Of a stretch of 64,000 nucleotides of DNA, positions 17,760 to 28,016 are shown piece by piece. Numbering within the stretch: position 1 is the stretch's first letter; each line of letters begins with the position of its first letter. Location: assembly GCA_031392925.1 (NCBI GenBank), contig JANMVV010000378.1, forward strand, positions 4,766 to 68,765, in the 5' to 3' direction. Origin of the DNA: Vicinamibacteria bacterium. GTDB lineage: Bacteria > Acidobacteriota > Vicinamibacteria > Fen-336 > JAGNNV01. Made by a program: the position numbers and the translations under genes. The notes below the pieces were generated by a model. It was not told where the DNA came from and made no database searches. It worked only from the letters and a program-made list of their open reading frames with translations.

Positions 17760-19555
17760 AGCGGCTCCAGGCGTTGCTGGTCGGGACGCTGCTCTTCCTT
17801 CACCTCCCCGTCCTGGCCCTTGCGGTGTTTTCGTTCTCTCGCTCGCGCCTGTCCGCCTCCTTCGACGGACCGAGCCTCGTCTGGTACGAGAAGCTCCTGA
17901 ACAACGGACCCCTGATGAGAGCCATGGAGAACTCTCTGATCGTGGGCGCTTCCGCCACGCTGATCGTTGTGATCCTCGCAACCTCGGCGGCGCTCGGATC
18001 GAGAGCCGCCCCCACCCGGACCCGCGAGCGTGCGGTCTCGCTGTTCCTCCTGCCCCTGGTGACGCCGGAGATCGTCTTCGGAGCCTCCCTTCTCGCCTTC
18101 TTCTCCCGGCTCTTCATTCCGCTCGGCCTCGGCACCGTGATGGCGGCCCACGTCGTGTTTTCGCTCTCGTTCGCGTTCTTCGTGATCCGTGCGCGCGCGC
18201 ACGCTTTGCCGGTGGACGTCGAGGAAGCCGCCGCCGATCTGGGCGCCTCCCCCGGACAAGTGTTTCGCCGGGTCACCCTGCCGCTCCTGGCCCCCGGCCT
18301 CGTGGCGGCGGCGCTGCTCACGTTCTCGCTCTCCATCGACGACTACGTGGTGACGTCCTTCGTCTCGGGCGCCGGCGCCACCACCCTGCCCGTCTACATC
18401 TACTCGATGCTCAAGAGCTCGCTCTCTCCGGAGATCGCCGCGGCCTCCACCATCCTTCTCGCGGCCACCACCCTGCTGCTCTTCGCGACCGCGCTCATCG
18501 AATCGCGACCTCGACTTTCGATGGCGGCCATGGCCGCCGGACTGTCGATCCTGGCCACGCCGGTGGTCCTTGCGAGGTCGCAACCTCGAGGAACACGCGA
18601 GCTGAATCTCTACCTGTGGTCGAACTACATCGCCCCCGAGACCATCCGGAAGTTCGAAGCGCGAACCGGGGTGAAGGTGAATCTCGATGTCTATGATTCG
18701 GCCGAGGCCCTTCTGTCGAAGATGCTGGCCGGCAACCAAGGGTACGACGTGATCTGCCCGCCCACCTACACGCTGGCGCCTCTGATCCGCGCGGGCGTCC
18801 TCGCCGAGCTCGACCACGACCGGCTGACCCATCTCACAGGGACCGCGCCGGAGTTCCTCGGCCAGAGCTGGGACCGGGAGAATCGGTACTCCATCCCGTA
18901 TCTATGGGGTGTCACCGGGATCGCTTCCGATTCGCGACGGGTTCCATCCGTCGAGTCGTGGAACGCGCTGCTCGATCCAGGATGGAAGGGAAAGATCCTC
19001 ATGCTGGACGATGCGCGCGAGGCGATCGCCTTCGGCGCGCTGCTCCTCGGCCTCGACCCGAACACGCGCGACCCCGAGTCGCTCGCACGGATCCGGAGGA
19101 TCCTCGTCGAGCAGAAGCCGCTGGTGCGGGCGTACGACTCGGCGAGCTTCGACGACGCGGTTCTCTCGGGCGAAGTGACCCTCGCGCAATCGTGGTCGGG
19201 CCAGATCGCTAAGATCATGAAGGAGGCGCCGTGGGTGCATTTCACCATCCCTCGCGAAGGCGCCATGGTCTTCGTGGACAATCTGGCCATACCGAAGAAC
19301 GCGCCGCACGCGGACCTCGCTCTTGAATTTCTCGACTTCGTGATGGAGCCGGACATCGCGGCCGAGATCTGCCTGACCACGGGGTACTCGACGCCGTCGC
19401 GCGCGGGCCGCGCGCTCCTTCCCCAGGCGGTACAGAACAATCGGGCCATGTTCCCGTCCGAGGCACAGATGAAGCAGCTTCGGCCGTTCGAGGATCTGGG
19501 CGAGGCCGCGGCCCTTCACGATCGCTTGTGGACCGAAGTGAAGTCGGGGCGCTGA
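17756..19555 (+). CDS. Fused ABC permease (PotC-like) and periplasmic polyamine-binding protein (PotD-like), 599 aa, no stop codon between the domains
   Basis: N-terminal roughly 270 aa is a BPD permease (EAA loop VEEAAADLGASPGQVFRRVTLP). It is followed in frame by a hydrophobic signal-anchor-like segment MAAMAAGLSILATPVVLA and a PotD-like SBP (LNLYLWSNYIAPETIRKFEARTGVKV...). ATGA overlap with the potB stop. Confidence 0.7.
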   Translation: MKRLQALLVGTLLFLHLPVLALAVFSFSRSRLSASFDGPSLVWYEKLLNNGPLMRAMENSLIVGASATLIVVILATSAALGSRAAPTRTRERAVSLFLLPLVTPEIVFGASLLAFFSRLFIPLGLGTVMAAHVVFSLSFAFFVIRARAHALPVDVEEAAADLGASPGQVFRRVTLPLLAPGLVAAALLTFSLSIDDYVVTSFVSGAGATTLPVYIYSMLKSSLSPEIAAASTILLAATTLLLFATALIESRPRLSMAAMAAGLSILATPVVLARSQPRGTRELNLYLWSNYIAPETIRKFEARTGVKVNLDVYDSAEALLSKMLAGNQGYDVICPPTYTLAPLIRAGVLAELDHDRLTHLTGTAPEFLGQSWDRENRYSIPYLWGVTGIASDSRRVPSVESWNALLDPGWKGKILMLDDAREAIAFGALLLGLDPNTRDPESLARIRRILVEQKPLVRAYDSASFDDAVLSGEVTLAQSWSGQIAKIMKEAPWVHFTIPREGAMVFVDNLAIPKNAPHADLALEFLDFVMEPDIAAEICLTTGYSTPSRAGRALLPQAVQNNRAMFPSEAQMKQLRPFEDLGEAAALHDRLWTEVKSGR

Positions 19556-19783
19556 TTTGAGGCTTGTGAAAGACTGACGCATGGCCGAGTCGATGGAACA
19601 CCCGATCCGCCTACCTCCCGAAGCCAGATGCCCGACGCACGGCGCGATTCTCCAGGCTGACGCCACGTGCGGGTGCGTCTTCCCTTTCCATATCCTTCTC
19701 TGGAGACGGGGACCGGTGATCGACGGCGTCAGGGCGCAGCCCTCAGGAGGTCGCACGCGCCGCCCGGCCGGAGGGCCCTCCTG

Positions 19784-20326
19784 ATGCGCTGCGTAGCCTT
19801 CCTGAGAGCCATTAATGTGGGTGGCAGCCATCTCGTGAAGATGGACGCCCTGAGAGCAACTTTCGAGGATCTCGGCTTCGCGAACGTCGAAACCTTCATC
19901 GCGAGCGGCAACGTCATCTTCGACGCCCGCTCGAAGGACCTGGCGGCGGTCGAAAGGAAGATCGAGCAGGTTCTCGAGAAGAGGCTTGGCTACGAGGTGG
20001 CGACCTTCATCCGGTCGCTCTCCGAGGTGCATAAAATTGCGCTCTACCAGCCATTCTCTCCCTCGGCGATGGCCTCCGCGGTCTCGGTCAGTGTCGGTCT
20101 GCTCAAGGCGCCGCTTCCGGATGCGACGCGGGCGGCGCTTGCGGGGCTCAAGACCGACATCGACGACTTCCACACCAACGGCTCGGAGCTCTACTGGCTC
20201 TGCCTGAAGGGGCAGGGCCAATCGAAGATCTCGAACGCGGTCTTCGAGCGCGCGCTGAGGGTCAAGGCTACATTCCGCGGTCTGCGGACCATGGAGAAGC
20301 TCGCGGCGAAGTACCCGAACGCCTGA
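19784..20326 (+). CDS. DUF1697 family protein
   Basis: N-terminus MRCVAFLRAINVGG is characteristic of DUF1697. Length about 180 aa. Confidence 0.6.
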   Translation: MRCVAFLRAINVGGSHLVKMDALRATFEDLGFANVETFIASGNVIFDARSKDLAAVERKIEQVLEKRLGYEVATFIRSLSEVHKIALYQPFSPSAMASAVSVSVGLLKAPLPDATRAALAGLKTDIDDFHTNGSELYWLCLKGQGQSKISNAVFERALRVKATFRGLRTMEKLAAKYPNA

Positions 20327-20371
20327 GGCACGTCTCCACTCGTCTCCTGGTAGTTGACCCCAGCCGGCCCG

Positions 20372-21067
20372 TCACTTCGTGACCGACACCGACAGCCGGG
20401 CGCCGCGCGGGATTTCAACCTCGTCACCCTTCATGATGAGGACGGCCCCGGCTCCGGCCGCCGCGCCGATGACGGTGCCGATGGCCGCGCCCTTCCCGCC
20501 ATCCTTGATGGCGCCGATGATGAGGCCGCCCACCGCCGCTCCGGCGACGATCTTCTTGTCCTTGCCGGAGGTGGACGCGGCCAGGCTGTCGATGGTCTCA
20601 GTGGCGATGGAGATCTTCTCTCCCTTCTCCATCACCGCGTCGAAACCGACGACCAGATGGGCGCGGCCTTTCACCCGCTTCGCGGACACCGCGACGAGCA
20701 CCCGGCCGCGGACCTCGGCCCCCTGGTCGAGCTTGAAGCCTTGAAGGGGCACATCCTCCGTCAGCACCGCGAACACGGGATCGCCCTCCCGGCTGGTGGC
20801 GGTGGAGACCGCAGTCCGAATTTCGATGGGCAGGAGCGTCCCGGCGGGGACATTGAGCCGAACCCGCACGGGCGCGGTGGGCGCCGCCGGAGCGGCATCC
20901 CTGGTTTCCCTCGCCGGCGCGGAAGCGGCGGAGGCGGGAGCCGGCACGACCGCAGCCGGCCGGGCCGGAGTGGCCGCCGCCACCGGAGGGGGCGTTTGCT
21001 GAGCGCCCTGCACGCATCCGAGGGGTAGAACGGCCATCGCAATGAGAATTCCGGTGAGTTTCATCAT
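20372..21067 (-). CDS. Putative lipoprotein with Ala/Pro-rich linker and C-terminal glycine-zipper segment
   Basis: Signal/lipobox MMKLTGILIAMAVLPLGCVQG. Pro/Ala-rich low-complexity linker. GxxxG glycine-zipper segment (GAAVGGLIIGAIKDGGKGAAIGTVIGAAAGAGAV). Confidence 0.45.
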   Translation of the reverse strand: MMKLTGILIAMAVLPLGCVQGAQQTPPPVAAATPARPAAVVPAPASAASAPARETRDAAPAAPTAPVRVRLNVPAGTLLPIEIRTAVSTATSREGDPVFAVLTEDVPLQGFKLDQGAEVRGRVLVAVSAKRVKGRAHLVVGFDAVMEKGEKISIATETIDSLAASTSGKDKKIVAGAAVGGLIIGAIKDGGKGAAIGTVIGAAAGAGAVLIMKGDEVEIPRGARLSVSVTK

Positions 21068-21161
21068 GTGACACAGTAGCGCGGCCGGACACGAAGCGTC
21101 TGTATCCTTCGTCACGACGACGGCGGGCAACGACGCTCACAACTCTCAAGGAATCATCCAA

Positions 21162-23129
21162 ATGAAGAGACATCTGACCGGCGCGCTTCTTCTGCTGAGC
21201 GTCATCTCGCCCGCCCACGCGGGCAACCGCGTGATGGAGGCGAAAGACATTCCGGCCATCCGGACGGCCCAGGATGCTCAGGTGTCGCCGGACGGCCGCA
21301 TGGTCGCATTCGTGGTCAGCGAAGTGGACGAGAAGGAGAACGTCTATCAGACGGATATCTGGCTCGTGAACACGGGCGGCGGAGACCCCTTCCGCTTTAC
21401 CCAGGCCAAGAAGAACGATCGCTCGCCGCAGTTCTCGCCGGACGGCACGAAGCTCGCCTTCATCTCGGAGCGCGAGGACAAACCGCAGATCTTCCTCGCC
21501 GACGTGCGCGGCGGCGAACCCTGGAAACTCTCCGACCTGAAGGGCGGCGTCTCGGGGTTCGCGTGGAGCCCGGACGGCACCTGGATCGCGGCCCTGTCCA
21601 GCGACGCGCCCTCCGAGGAGGAAGAGAAGCGGACCAAGGCCAAGCATGACGAGCGCGTAGTGGATAAGGACTTCCGCATGGCCCATCTGCATCGGATCGA
21701 TGTGGCCACGAAGGAGACGAAGCGACTCACCGAAGGGGCTTTCACGCTCTCCGATGCTCGTGTCTCGCCGGACGGCGCCGAGATCGCAGCGGTTCGCCGG
21801 CCGACACCAAAGGCCGATGACTCTAGCGCCTCGGACATCGTGATCGTGCCCGCGGCCGGCGGTGCGCCGCGGCTGCTCTTCGAAAACTCCGGGGCGGACT
21901 CATCGCCGCGCTACTCACCCGATGGCCGCACCATCGCTTTCCTGACCCGCGACGGAAAGCGGCCCCGCACCGGAACGGATTCGATCGCCTTGATTCCGAG
22001 GGCCGGCGGCGCGATCACGCGGCTCACCCCGGTGGACCTGAACCCCGGCACGATCCTCTGGTCGAGCGATGGAGCCTCCATCCTCTTCACCGTCACCGTA
22101 GGCGTCGAAGGACGGCTCTACTCCGTTTCGACCAAAGGCGGTGCGCCGCGCGCTCTGCTGAGCGGGGCGTACACCGTGTCTTCACCGGTGCTCGCATCGA
22201 GCGCTCCCTCGCTTGTCTATCTGCGGCAGGATCCGCGCTCGCCCAACGATATCTACGTCCAGGCCGTCGACGCGGCCTCGCTTCCGACCGCCTCAGCGAC
22301 CGCCAAACGCCTGACCACTCTCAATCCGATGCTCTCCGACTTCGCTCTCTCCGCAACCGAGGTGATCCGATGGAAGGCTCCGGACGGCCGTGAGATCGAG
22401 GGCCTGCTTCATCGACCCCTTGGCTCGACCGGGAAGAAACTGCCGCTCATCGTGCACGTTCATGGCGGTCCCTCGGGTGCTTACACCCTGACCTTTCCCG
22501 CCGCGATGAACAACTACCACCACATCCTCACCGGCCGCGGCTACGCGGTGTTCCAGCCCAATTTCCGCGGGAGCACGGGCTACGGCGACGACTTCCAGCG
22601 CCTGAACGTGAATGACTGGGGCAAGGGCGACTTCCAGGACATCATGAGCGGCGTCGATTCCCTGATCGCGAAGGGTGTCGCCGATCCGGATCGCATGGCC
22701 CTGCATGGATGGAGCTACGGCGGCTACATGTGCGCGTGGTCGATCACCCAGACGACACGCTTCAAGGCAGCGAGTTGTGGCGCCGCGCTCACCAACCTCT
22801 TCAGCATGTACGGGACCAACGACATTCCATCTACTCTCGACGACTACTTCGGCGGCTCGCCCTACGCGAACGCCGATGGCTACTGGAAAGCTTCCGCCAT
22901 GGCCTGGGTCACGAAGGTGAAGACGCCGACCCTGATCCTCCACGGCCAGGCCGACGATCGCGTGCCCACGAGCCAGGGTCAGGAGCTGTACCTCGGCCTC
23001 AAAAAGCTGGGCGTGCCCACCGAATTCGTGACCTATCCGCGGGAGCCGCACGGCTTCCGTGAGCCCAACCATCAAGTCGACAAGATCGAAAGGGAACTCG
23101 CATGGTTCGCTAAGTGGGGCGTGAAATGA
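21162..23129 (+). CDS. S9 family serine peptidase (prolyl oligopeptidase / acylaminoacyl-peptidase type) with N-terminal beta-propeller
   Basis: Signal peptide. TolB-like repeats (SPDGRMVAF, SPDGTKLAF, SPDGTWIAA). Nucleophile elbow GWSYGGYM. C-terminal Asp/His region (QADDRVP...EPHGF). Confidence 0.8.
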   Translation: MKRHLTGALLLLSVISPAHAGNRVMEAKDIPAIRTAQDAQVSPDGRMVAFVVSEVDEKENVYQTDIWLVNTGGGDPFRFTQAKKNDRSPQFSPDGTKLAFISEREDKPQIFLADVRGGEPWKLSDLKGGVSGFAWSPDGTWIAALSSDAPSEEEEKRTKAKHDERVVDKDFRMAHLHRIDVATKETKRLTEGAFTLSDARVSPDGAEIAAVRRPTPKADDSSASDIVIVPAAGGAPRLLFENSGADSSPRYSPDGRTIAFLTRDGKRPRTGTDSIALIPRAGGAITRLTPVDLNPGTILWSSDGASILFTVTVGVEGRLYSVSTKGGAPRALLSGAYTVSSPVLASSAPSLVYLRQDPRSPNDIYVQAVDAASLPTASATAKRLTTLNPMLSDFALSATEVIRWKAPDGREIEGLLHRPLGSTGKKLPLIVHVHGGPSGAYTLTFPAAMNNYHHILTGRGYAVFQPNFRGSTGYGDDFQRLNVNDWGKGDFQDIMSGVDSLIAKGVADPDRMALHGWSYGGYMCAWSITQTTRFKAASCGAALTNLFSMYGTNDIPSTLDDYFGGSPYANADGYWKASAMAWVTKVKTPTLILHGQADDRVPTSQGQELYLGLKKLGVPTEFVTYPREPHGFREPNHQVDKIERELAWFAKWGVK

Positions 23130-25090
23130 GAAGGCTTTTCCTGGCCGCCCTCCTCGTCCCATCGTTCGCCCTCGCCGACACACGCGTGCCGACCATCGAT
23201 GACATGGTGGCGCTGAAGCGCGTTTCTCAGCCTGCGGTGTCTCCCGACGGTTCGCGCGTGGCCTACGTCGTCCGCAAGGCCAACTGGGAGGAAAACGCGT
23301 TCGAGACCGAGATATGGCTCGCCGACGCGCGGTCCGGGACATCGCGCGCATTTACCCAGTCGAAGAAGTCTTCGGAGGCCCCGAGCTTCTCGCCGGACGG
23401 TTCATCGCTCGCCTTCCTCTCCGACCGCGATGGGAAGCGACAGGTCTACGTGATGAGCCTTTCGGGCGGCGAGTCGCGCAAGCTCACCAGCGCGGAAGAA
23501 GGCGTGTCGCGTTTCGCCTACTCGCACGATGGGAAGCGGATCGCCTTTGTCGCCTCGGACCCCAAGACCGAGGCCATGAAGGATAGGCAGAAGCTCTACG
23601 GCGAGGTGACCATCGAGGACGAGGCCACGAACCCCGCTCACCTGCACGTCATCGGTGTCCTTAGCGAAACCACGAAGCGCCTGACCTCCGGCACGTTCGT
23701 GGTGGGCTCCTTCGACTGGTCCCCCGACGATCGCGAGATCGCGTTCGACTTCAGCCAGAGCACCGATCCGTCGTTCGGGGTCACGTCGAACCTCTCGGTG
23801 GTGGATGCCGACACCGCCATGGTTCGCCCGCTCGTCACCCAGGACGGGCCGGATGAAAGCCCACGCTACTCGCCCGACGGGCAGCAGATCGCCTTCACCA
23901 CCGCGATGCAGGAGGTGGCGGCGTTCTATTACAAGAACCGCAAGGTGGCGACGATCCCGGCCAGGGGCGGGGCGATCACGGTCCTCGCCGCGACCTTCGA
24001 CGAGGATCCGCAGCTCGTGGCCTGGAACAAGGGCGGGATCTTTCTCGCCGCGAATCAGAAGACGGAGGCGGGCCTCTTCACCATCGATCCGGCCGCAAAG
24101 ACGGTCGCACGCATTCCCCTCGAGCGGCCGATCGCCGCGGGGTTCGCGTTCAGCGGCGACGCCACCACTCTCGCTTTCGTCGGAAGTTCGTCTTCGGCCT
24201 ACCCGGAAGTCTTCGCCGGGCCGGCCAGGGGCGGCGCGGCCAGGAGGCTGTCGGAGGTGAGCGGCGGACTGGCGGCGTTCACCCTCGGAACCAGCGAAGT
24301 GGTTTCGTGGAAGAGCACGGACGGCGCCACCATCGAGGGCGTCCTGCGAAAGCCCGCGGGCTACCAGCCCGGATCCCTGGCTCCCCTTCTCGTCATCATC
24401 CACGGCGGCCCGACCGGGATCTCGCGGCCGAGTCTTTTCGGCGCAACCTACGTCTACCCCATGGAGGCGTGGCTCGCGAAGGGTGCGCTCATCCTCGAAC
24501 CCAACTACCGGGGCAGCGCCGGCTACGGCGAGGCGTTCCGGTCCCTCAACGTCCGCAATCTCGGCGTGGGTGATGCCTGGGACGTGCTCTCAGGAATCGA
24601 CAGCCTGATCGCAAAGGGCCTGGTCGACAAGACGAAGGTCGGGGTCATGGGCTGGAGCCAGGGCGGCTACATCTCGGCCTTCCTCACCACGCACGACTCG
24701 GCGCGTTTCCGCGCGGTCTCGGTGGGTGCGGGAATCTCGAACTGGGTCACGTACTACGTGAGCACCGACATCCATCCCTTTACGCGCCAGTATCTGAAAG
24801 CGACGCCCTGGGACGACCCCGAGATCTACCGCAAGACATCACCCATGACCTACATCAAGGGAGCGAAGGCGCCGACCCTCATCCAGCATGGCGACTCGGA
24901 TCAGCGGGTTCCCGTCTCCGATGCCTTCGAGTTGTACCAGGGGTTGCGCGATCAGGGTGTCGAGACCCGGCTCGCGCTCTACAAGGGCTTCGGCCACGGA
25001 CTCAACAAGCCGAAGGCGCTGCGCCATGCCCTCCAGGAGAATCTCGACTGGTTCGACAAGCACCTTTTCGGAGCGACGAGTGCGAAGTAG
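23126..25090 (+). CDS. S9 family serine peptidase, second tandem paralog
   Basis: Same architecture as upstream paralog. Nucleophile elbow GWSQGGYIS. DSDQRVP and GHG C-terminal motifs. ATGA overlap with upstream paralog. Confidence 0.8.
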   Translation: MRRLFLAALLVPSFALADTRVPTIDDMVALKRVSQPAVSPDGSRVAYVVRKANWEENAFETEIWLADARSGTSRAFTQSKKSSEAPSFSPDGSSLAFLSDRDGKRQVYVMSLSGGESRKLTSAEEGVSRFAYSHDGKRIAFVASDPKTEAMKDRQKLYGEVTIEDEATNPAHLHVIGVLSETTKRLTSGTFVVGSFDWSPDDREIAFDFSQSTDPSFGVTSNLSVVDADTAMVRPLVTQDGPDESPRYSPDGQQIAFTTAMQEVAAFYYKNRKVATIPARGGAITVLAATFDEDPQLVAWNKGGIFLAANQKTEAGLFTIDPAAKTVARIPLERPIAAGFAFSGDATTLAFVGSSSSAYPEVFAGPARGGAARRLSEVSGGLAAFTLGTSEVVSWKSTDGATIEGVLRKPAGYQPGSLAPLLVIIHGGPTGISRPSLFGATYVYPMEAWLAKGALILEPNYRGSAGYGEAFRSLNVRNLGVGDAWDVLSGIDSLIAKGLVDKTKVGVMGWSQGGYISAFLTTHDSARFRAVSVGAGISNWVTYYVSTDIHPFTRQYLKATPWDDPEIYRKTSPMTYIKGAKAPTLIQHGDSDQRVPVSDAFELYQGLRDQGVETRLALYKGFGHGLNKPKALRHALQENLDWFDKHLFGATSAK

Positions 25091-25096
25091 AGACGC

Positions 25097-26221
25097 ATGC
25101 CGCGGCTTCTGATTTCATGCGGTGAGCCCTCGGGCGAGTTCTACGCCGCCGAACTCGTGGCCGAGTTGCGCCGGCGACGCCCCGACCTCGAGGCCATCGG
25201 TCTCGGAGGCGACCTTTTGGCCGCGGAGAACGTGCGCCTGCTCGCCCACCTCAAGGATCTCGCGGTGGTGGGCCTGTTCGAGGTCTTGTCCCATCTGCGG
25301 AGGATCAAGGCACGGTTCGATTCGGTGGTCGCGGAGGCGGCACGGTTCCGGCCCGATGTGGCGGTCCTGATCGACTATCCCGACTTCAACCTGCGCCTCG
25401 CCCGTGAACTGAACACGCTCGGCATTCCCGTCGTCTACTACGTCTCGCCGCAACTCTGGGCCTGGCGTCGGGGACGGATCAAGGACGTCAAGCGCGATGT
25501 CGCGAAGATGCTCGTGATCTTCCCATTCGAGGCGCAGATCTATCGCGATGCGTCCGTGCCGGTCGCGTTCGTCGGGCATCCGCTGATCGACCACGTGAAA
25601 CCGCCGGAGAACCGCGCGGCCATCGCGAGAAAGCTCGGGCTCGAAGGCGACCGGCCGGTGATCGCCCTGCTTCCGGGCAGCCGGAACAAGGAGGTGGGGT
25701 TCAATCTCCCGCCGATGCTGGGTGCGGTGAAACTCCTTCGCGAGAAACGGCCCGACCTTCAATTCGTCCTGGCCGCGGCGCCGCACCTGCGCGCGAATGC
25801 GCTTCAGGAAGCGACGGCCGCGGGCATCACCATGAGGGACGGCGCGACCCGCGACGTGCTCTCGTCGGCCCGGGTCGCGATCGTGGCCTCCGGAACCGCC
25901 ACCGTCGAAACGGCACTCACCCTCACCCCAATGGTGGTCGTTTATCGACTCTCCGCCCTGACCTACGTTCTCGGCAAGCCCCTGGTCAGCGTCTCGAACT
26001 ATGCGATGGTGAACCTGATCGCCGGCCGTGTGGTCGTGCCGGAGTTGATCCAGAACGACTTCACACCCGCCCGGGTGTGCGAGGAGACCCTCCGCGTTCT
26101 TGACGAGGGCGCCCCGCGCGCCGAGATGCTCAAGAACCTGCAGGAAGTGCGAGAGAAGCTGGGCAAGGGCGGCGCCACCCGCCATGCCGCCGACGAGGTC
26201 AGCGCTTTTCTACCTCAGTGA
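25097..26221 (+). CDS. lpxB: Lipid-A-disaccharide synthase LpxB (GT19)
   Basis: N-terminus ISCGEPSGEFYAAELV is LpxB-like. Length 374 aa. C-terminal GTATVE motif region. Confidence 0.8.
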   Translation: MPRLLISCGEPSGEFYAAELVAELRRRRPDLEAIGLGGDLLAAENVRLLAHLKDLAVVGLFEVLSHLRRIKARFDSVVAEAARFRPDVAVLIDYPDFNLRLARELNTLGIPVVYYVSPQLWAWRRGRIKDVKRDVAKMLVIFPFEAQIYRDASVPVAFVGHPLIDHVKPPENRAAIARKLGLEGDRPVIALLPGSRNKEVGFNLPPMLGAVKLLREKRPDLQFVLAAAPHLRANALQEATAAGITMRDGATRDVLSSARVAIVASGTATVETALTLTPMVVVYRLSALTYVLGKPLVSVSNYAMVNLIAGRVVVPELIQNDFTPARVCEETLRVLDEGAPRAEMLKNLQEVREKLGKGGATRHAADEVSAFLPQ

Positions 26222-26994
26222 TGGCCCTGATGCGGGCTCTCGGGCAGGGCCGGCGGCAGGTTGACGGGCATCGCTGAATTCAGGATCCGTCCCCAGGTCG
26301 GCGCGAGCGAGGCCTTGAGCGTCCAGTCGGTGAGGATCAGAAAGGCCGCGAGAAGAACCCAGGACCGCAGGTTCTTCCACGGCGGTGCTGGATAGCGGAA
26401 GATGCGGGAAAGAACGGGCCCCGCGAGAACCACGCCGAGGACGCAGAACGCGGCCACCCGGCAGATCGCCCACGGCTGCCAGCCGAAGAACAAAGTGGCC
26501 CACCAGGGCGCCCCCGCGCGGTGGATCGAGGCCACGTACCCGTTCATGTAGTTGGTGAGGACGGCCCCGCCGATGATCGACGCCAGACTGCCGGAAAACA
26601 GACTCACGAAGACGAAGACCACGAGATGCGTGACGTGCAGGGGCAGGAAGCGGCGCCAGTTCCCTTCTGTTCCACCCCCGAACCGAATCCACTGGAACAT
26701 CTCCTGGCGGTACTCGGGACCGTTGAAGACCCGGGGCGGGAAACCGTCCGTGGTGGGCCACAGCGCGAGGCACACCGTTCCTAAGACGGCAAGCGCCAGC
26801 GGAAAGACGAGCATGAGCAGAATCGCGCCACGCAGGTCGCCCGCGCGAAGACGGCGCGCCATGATCCACCAGGCCGGCAGAGCGTTCAGAACGGGCAGAA
26901 GGAACCAGGGATCGAGGGCGAGCCCGACGGGGTAGGAGAGAGCGATGGCGCCGATCAGCAGAGTGGCATCACGGCGGATCGGCTCCGCGGTCAT
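26215..26994 (-). CDS. Polytopic membrane protein of unknown function
   Basis: Six or more hydrophobic helices. Convergent 7-bp overlap with lpxB 3' end. No recognisable motif. Confidence 0.4.
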   Translation of the reverse strand: MTAEPIRRDATLLIGAIALSYPVGLALDPWFLLPVLNALPAWWIMARRLRAGDLRGAILLMLVFPLALAVLGTVCLALWPTTDGFPPRVFNGPEYRQEMFQWIRFGGGTEGNWRRFLPLHVTHLVVFVFVSLFSGSLASIIGGAVLTNYMNGYVASIHRAGAPWWATLFFGWQPWAICRVAAFCVLGVVLAGPVLSRIFRYPAPPWKNLRSWVLLAAFLILTDWTLKASLAPTWGRILNSAMPVNLPPALPESPHQGHH

Positions 26995-26996
26995 GA

Positions 26997-27920
26997 TCAG
27001 GCGTTGCCGACGGGGAGCCGGTCGAAGTGAACCATGGACGCGAATTCGTGGAACCGATCGTTGATCTCGTTCTGCTTCAGGGTGAGGAGGCGCTCCACCC
27101 CGAAGGCCTCGCAGCAGAACGAAGCCACCGTCGACCCCATGATCACGGCCTGGCGGAACGTCGCCGGGTCGTGCGAGTCCGTCTGGTCGAGGTAGCCCAT
27201 CAGGCCGCCCGCGAAGGAATCACCGGCGCCGGTGGGATCGAGAACGTGCTCGAGCGGAAAGGCGGAGGCGAGGAAGCAGGAGTCTTCCTGAAAGAGAAGG
27301 GCCCCGTGCTCGCCCTTCTTGATGATGAGCGTCTTCGGACCCATGGCCCGGATCTTTCGCGCCGCGCGGATCACGTTCCAGTCCTTCGCCAGTTCCTTCG
27401 CCTCGGAGTCATTGATGAGGAGAACCTCTACCTTCGCGAGGGTCTTCTTCAACTCCTCGAGGCGATGGTTGATCCACAGGTTCATGGTGTCGCAACCCAC
27501 GAGCTGGGGTGCTTCGACCTGCTCCAGAACATCGCGTTGCAGCGACGGCTCAATGTTGCCGAGGAAGAGCCGATCGGACTTGCGGTAGCTCTCAGGAAGT
27601 TTGGGCTTGAAATGCTCGAAGACGTTCAAGTCGGTGCAGATGGTTTCGCGGGAGTTGAGGTCGGTCGAATACTTGCCCTGCCAGTGGAAGGTCTTCCCGG
27701 GCAAGTGCTCGAGACCCTGCAGGTCGATCCGCCGGCCTTCAAAGGCGCTCATCTGCTCGGGACCGAAGTCGTCGCCGACCACACCCACCATGTTGACATC
27801 CGTGAAGAACGAGGCGGCCAGGGCGAAATACGAGGCGGAGCCTCCGAGGATTCTCTCGGCGCGGCCGGCGGGAGTTTCAAGCGTGTCGTAGGCGACGCTT
27901 CCAACAACGAGAACAGACAT
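26997..27920 (-). CDS. PfkB-family carbohydrate/nucleoside kinase (ribokinase/adenosine kinase-like)
   Basis: PfkB signature 2 DPTGAGDSFAGG. Glycine-rich N-terminal di-Gly region. 307 aa. Confidence 0.75.
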   Translation of the reverse strand: MSVLVVGSVAYDTLETPAGRAERILGGSASYFALAASFFTDVNMVGVVGDDFGPEQMSAFEGRRIDLQGLEHLPGKTFHWQGKYSTDLNSRETICTDLNVFEHFKPKLPESYRKSDRLFLGNIEPSLQRDVLEQVEAPQLVGCDTMNLWINHRLEELKKTLAKVEVLLINDSEAKELAKDWNVIRAARKIRAMGPKTLIIKKGEHGALLFQEDSCFLASAFPLEHVLDPTGAGDSFAGGLMGYLDQTDSHDPATFRQAVIMGSTVASFCCEAFGVERLLTLKQNEINDRFHEFASMVHFDRLPVGNA

Positions 27921-28016
27921 GGCTTCTTGGGTGCTTATCCAGGGTGAGGAAGGGGGATGAGGGAACGGGTTTCTTGAGGGAAGTCGCGGGCGCCTCGGGC
28001 ATCCGCGGCGCGAAGC

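Noticed and set aside
17423-20221. Long minus-strand ORFs (17423..18832, 18902..20221) opposite potCD and the DUF1697 gene
   Set aside because: Highly charged Arg/Glu/Gly-rich low-complexity products. Antisense to genes with strong ABC-permease/SBP signatures.
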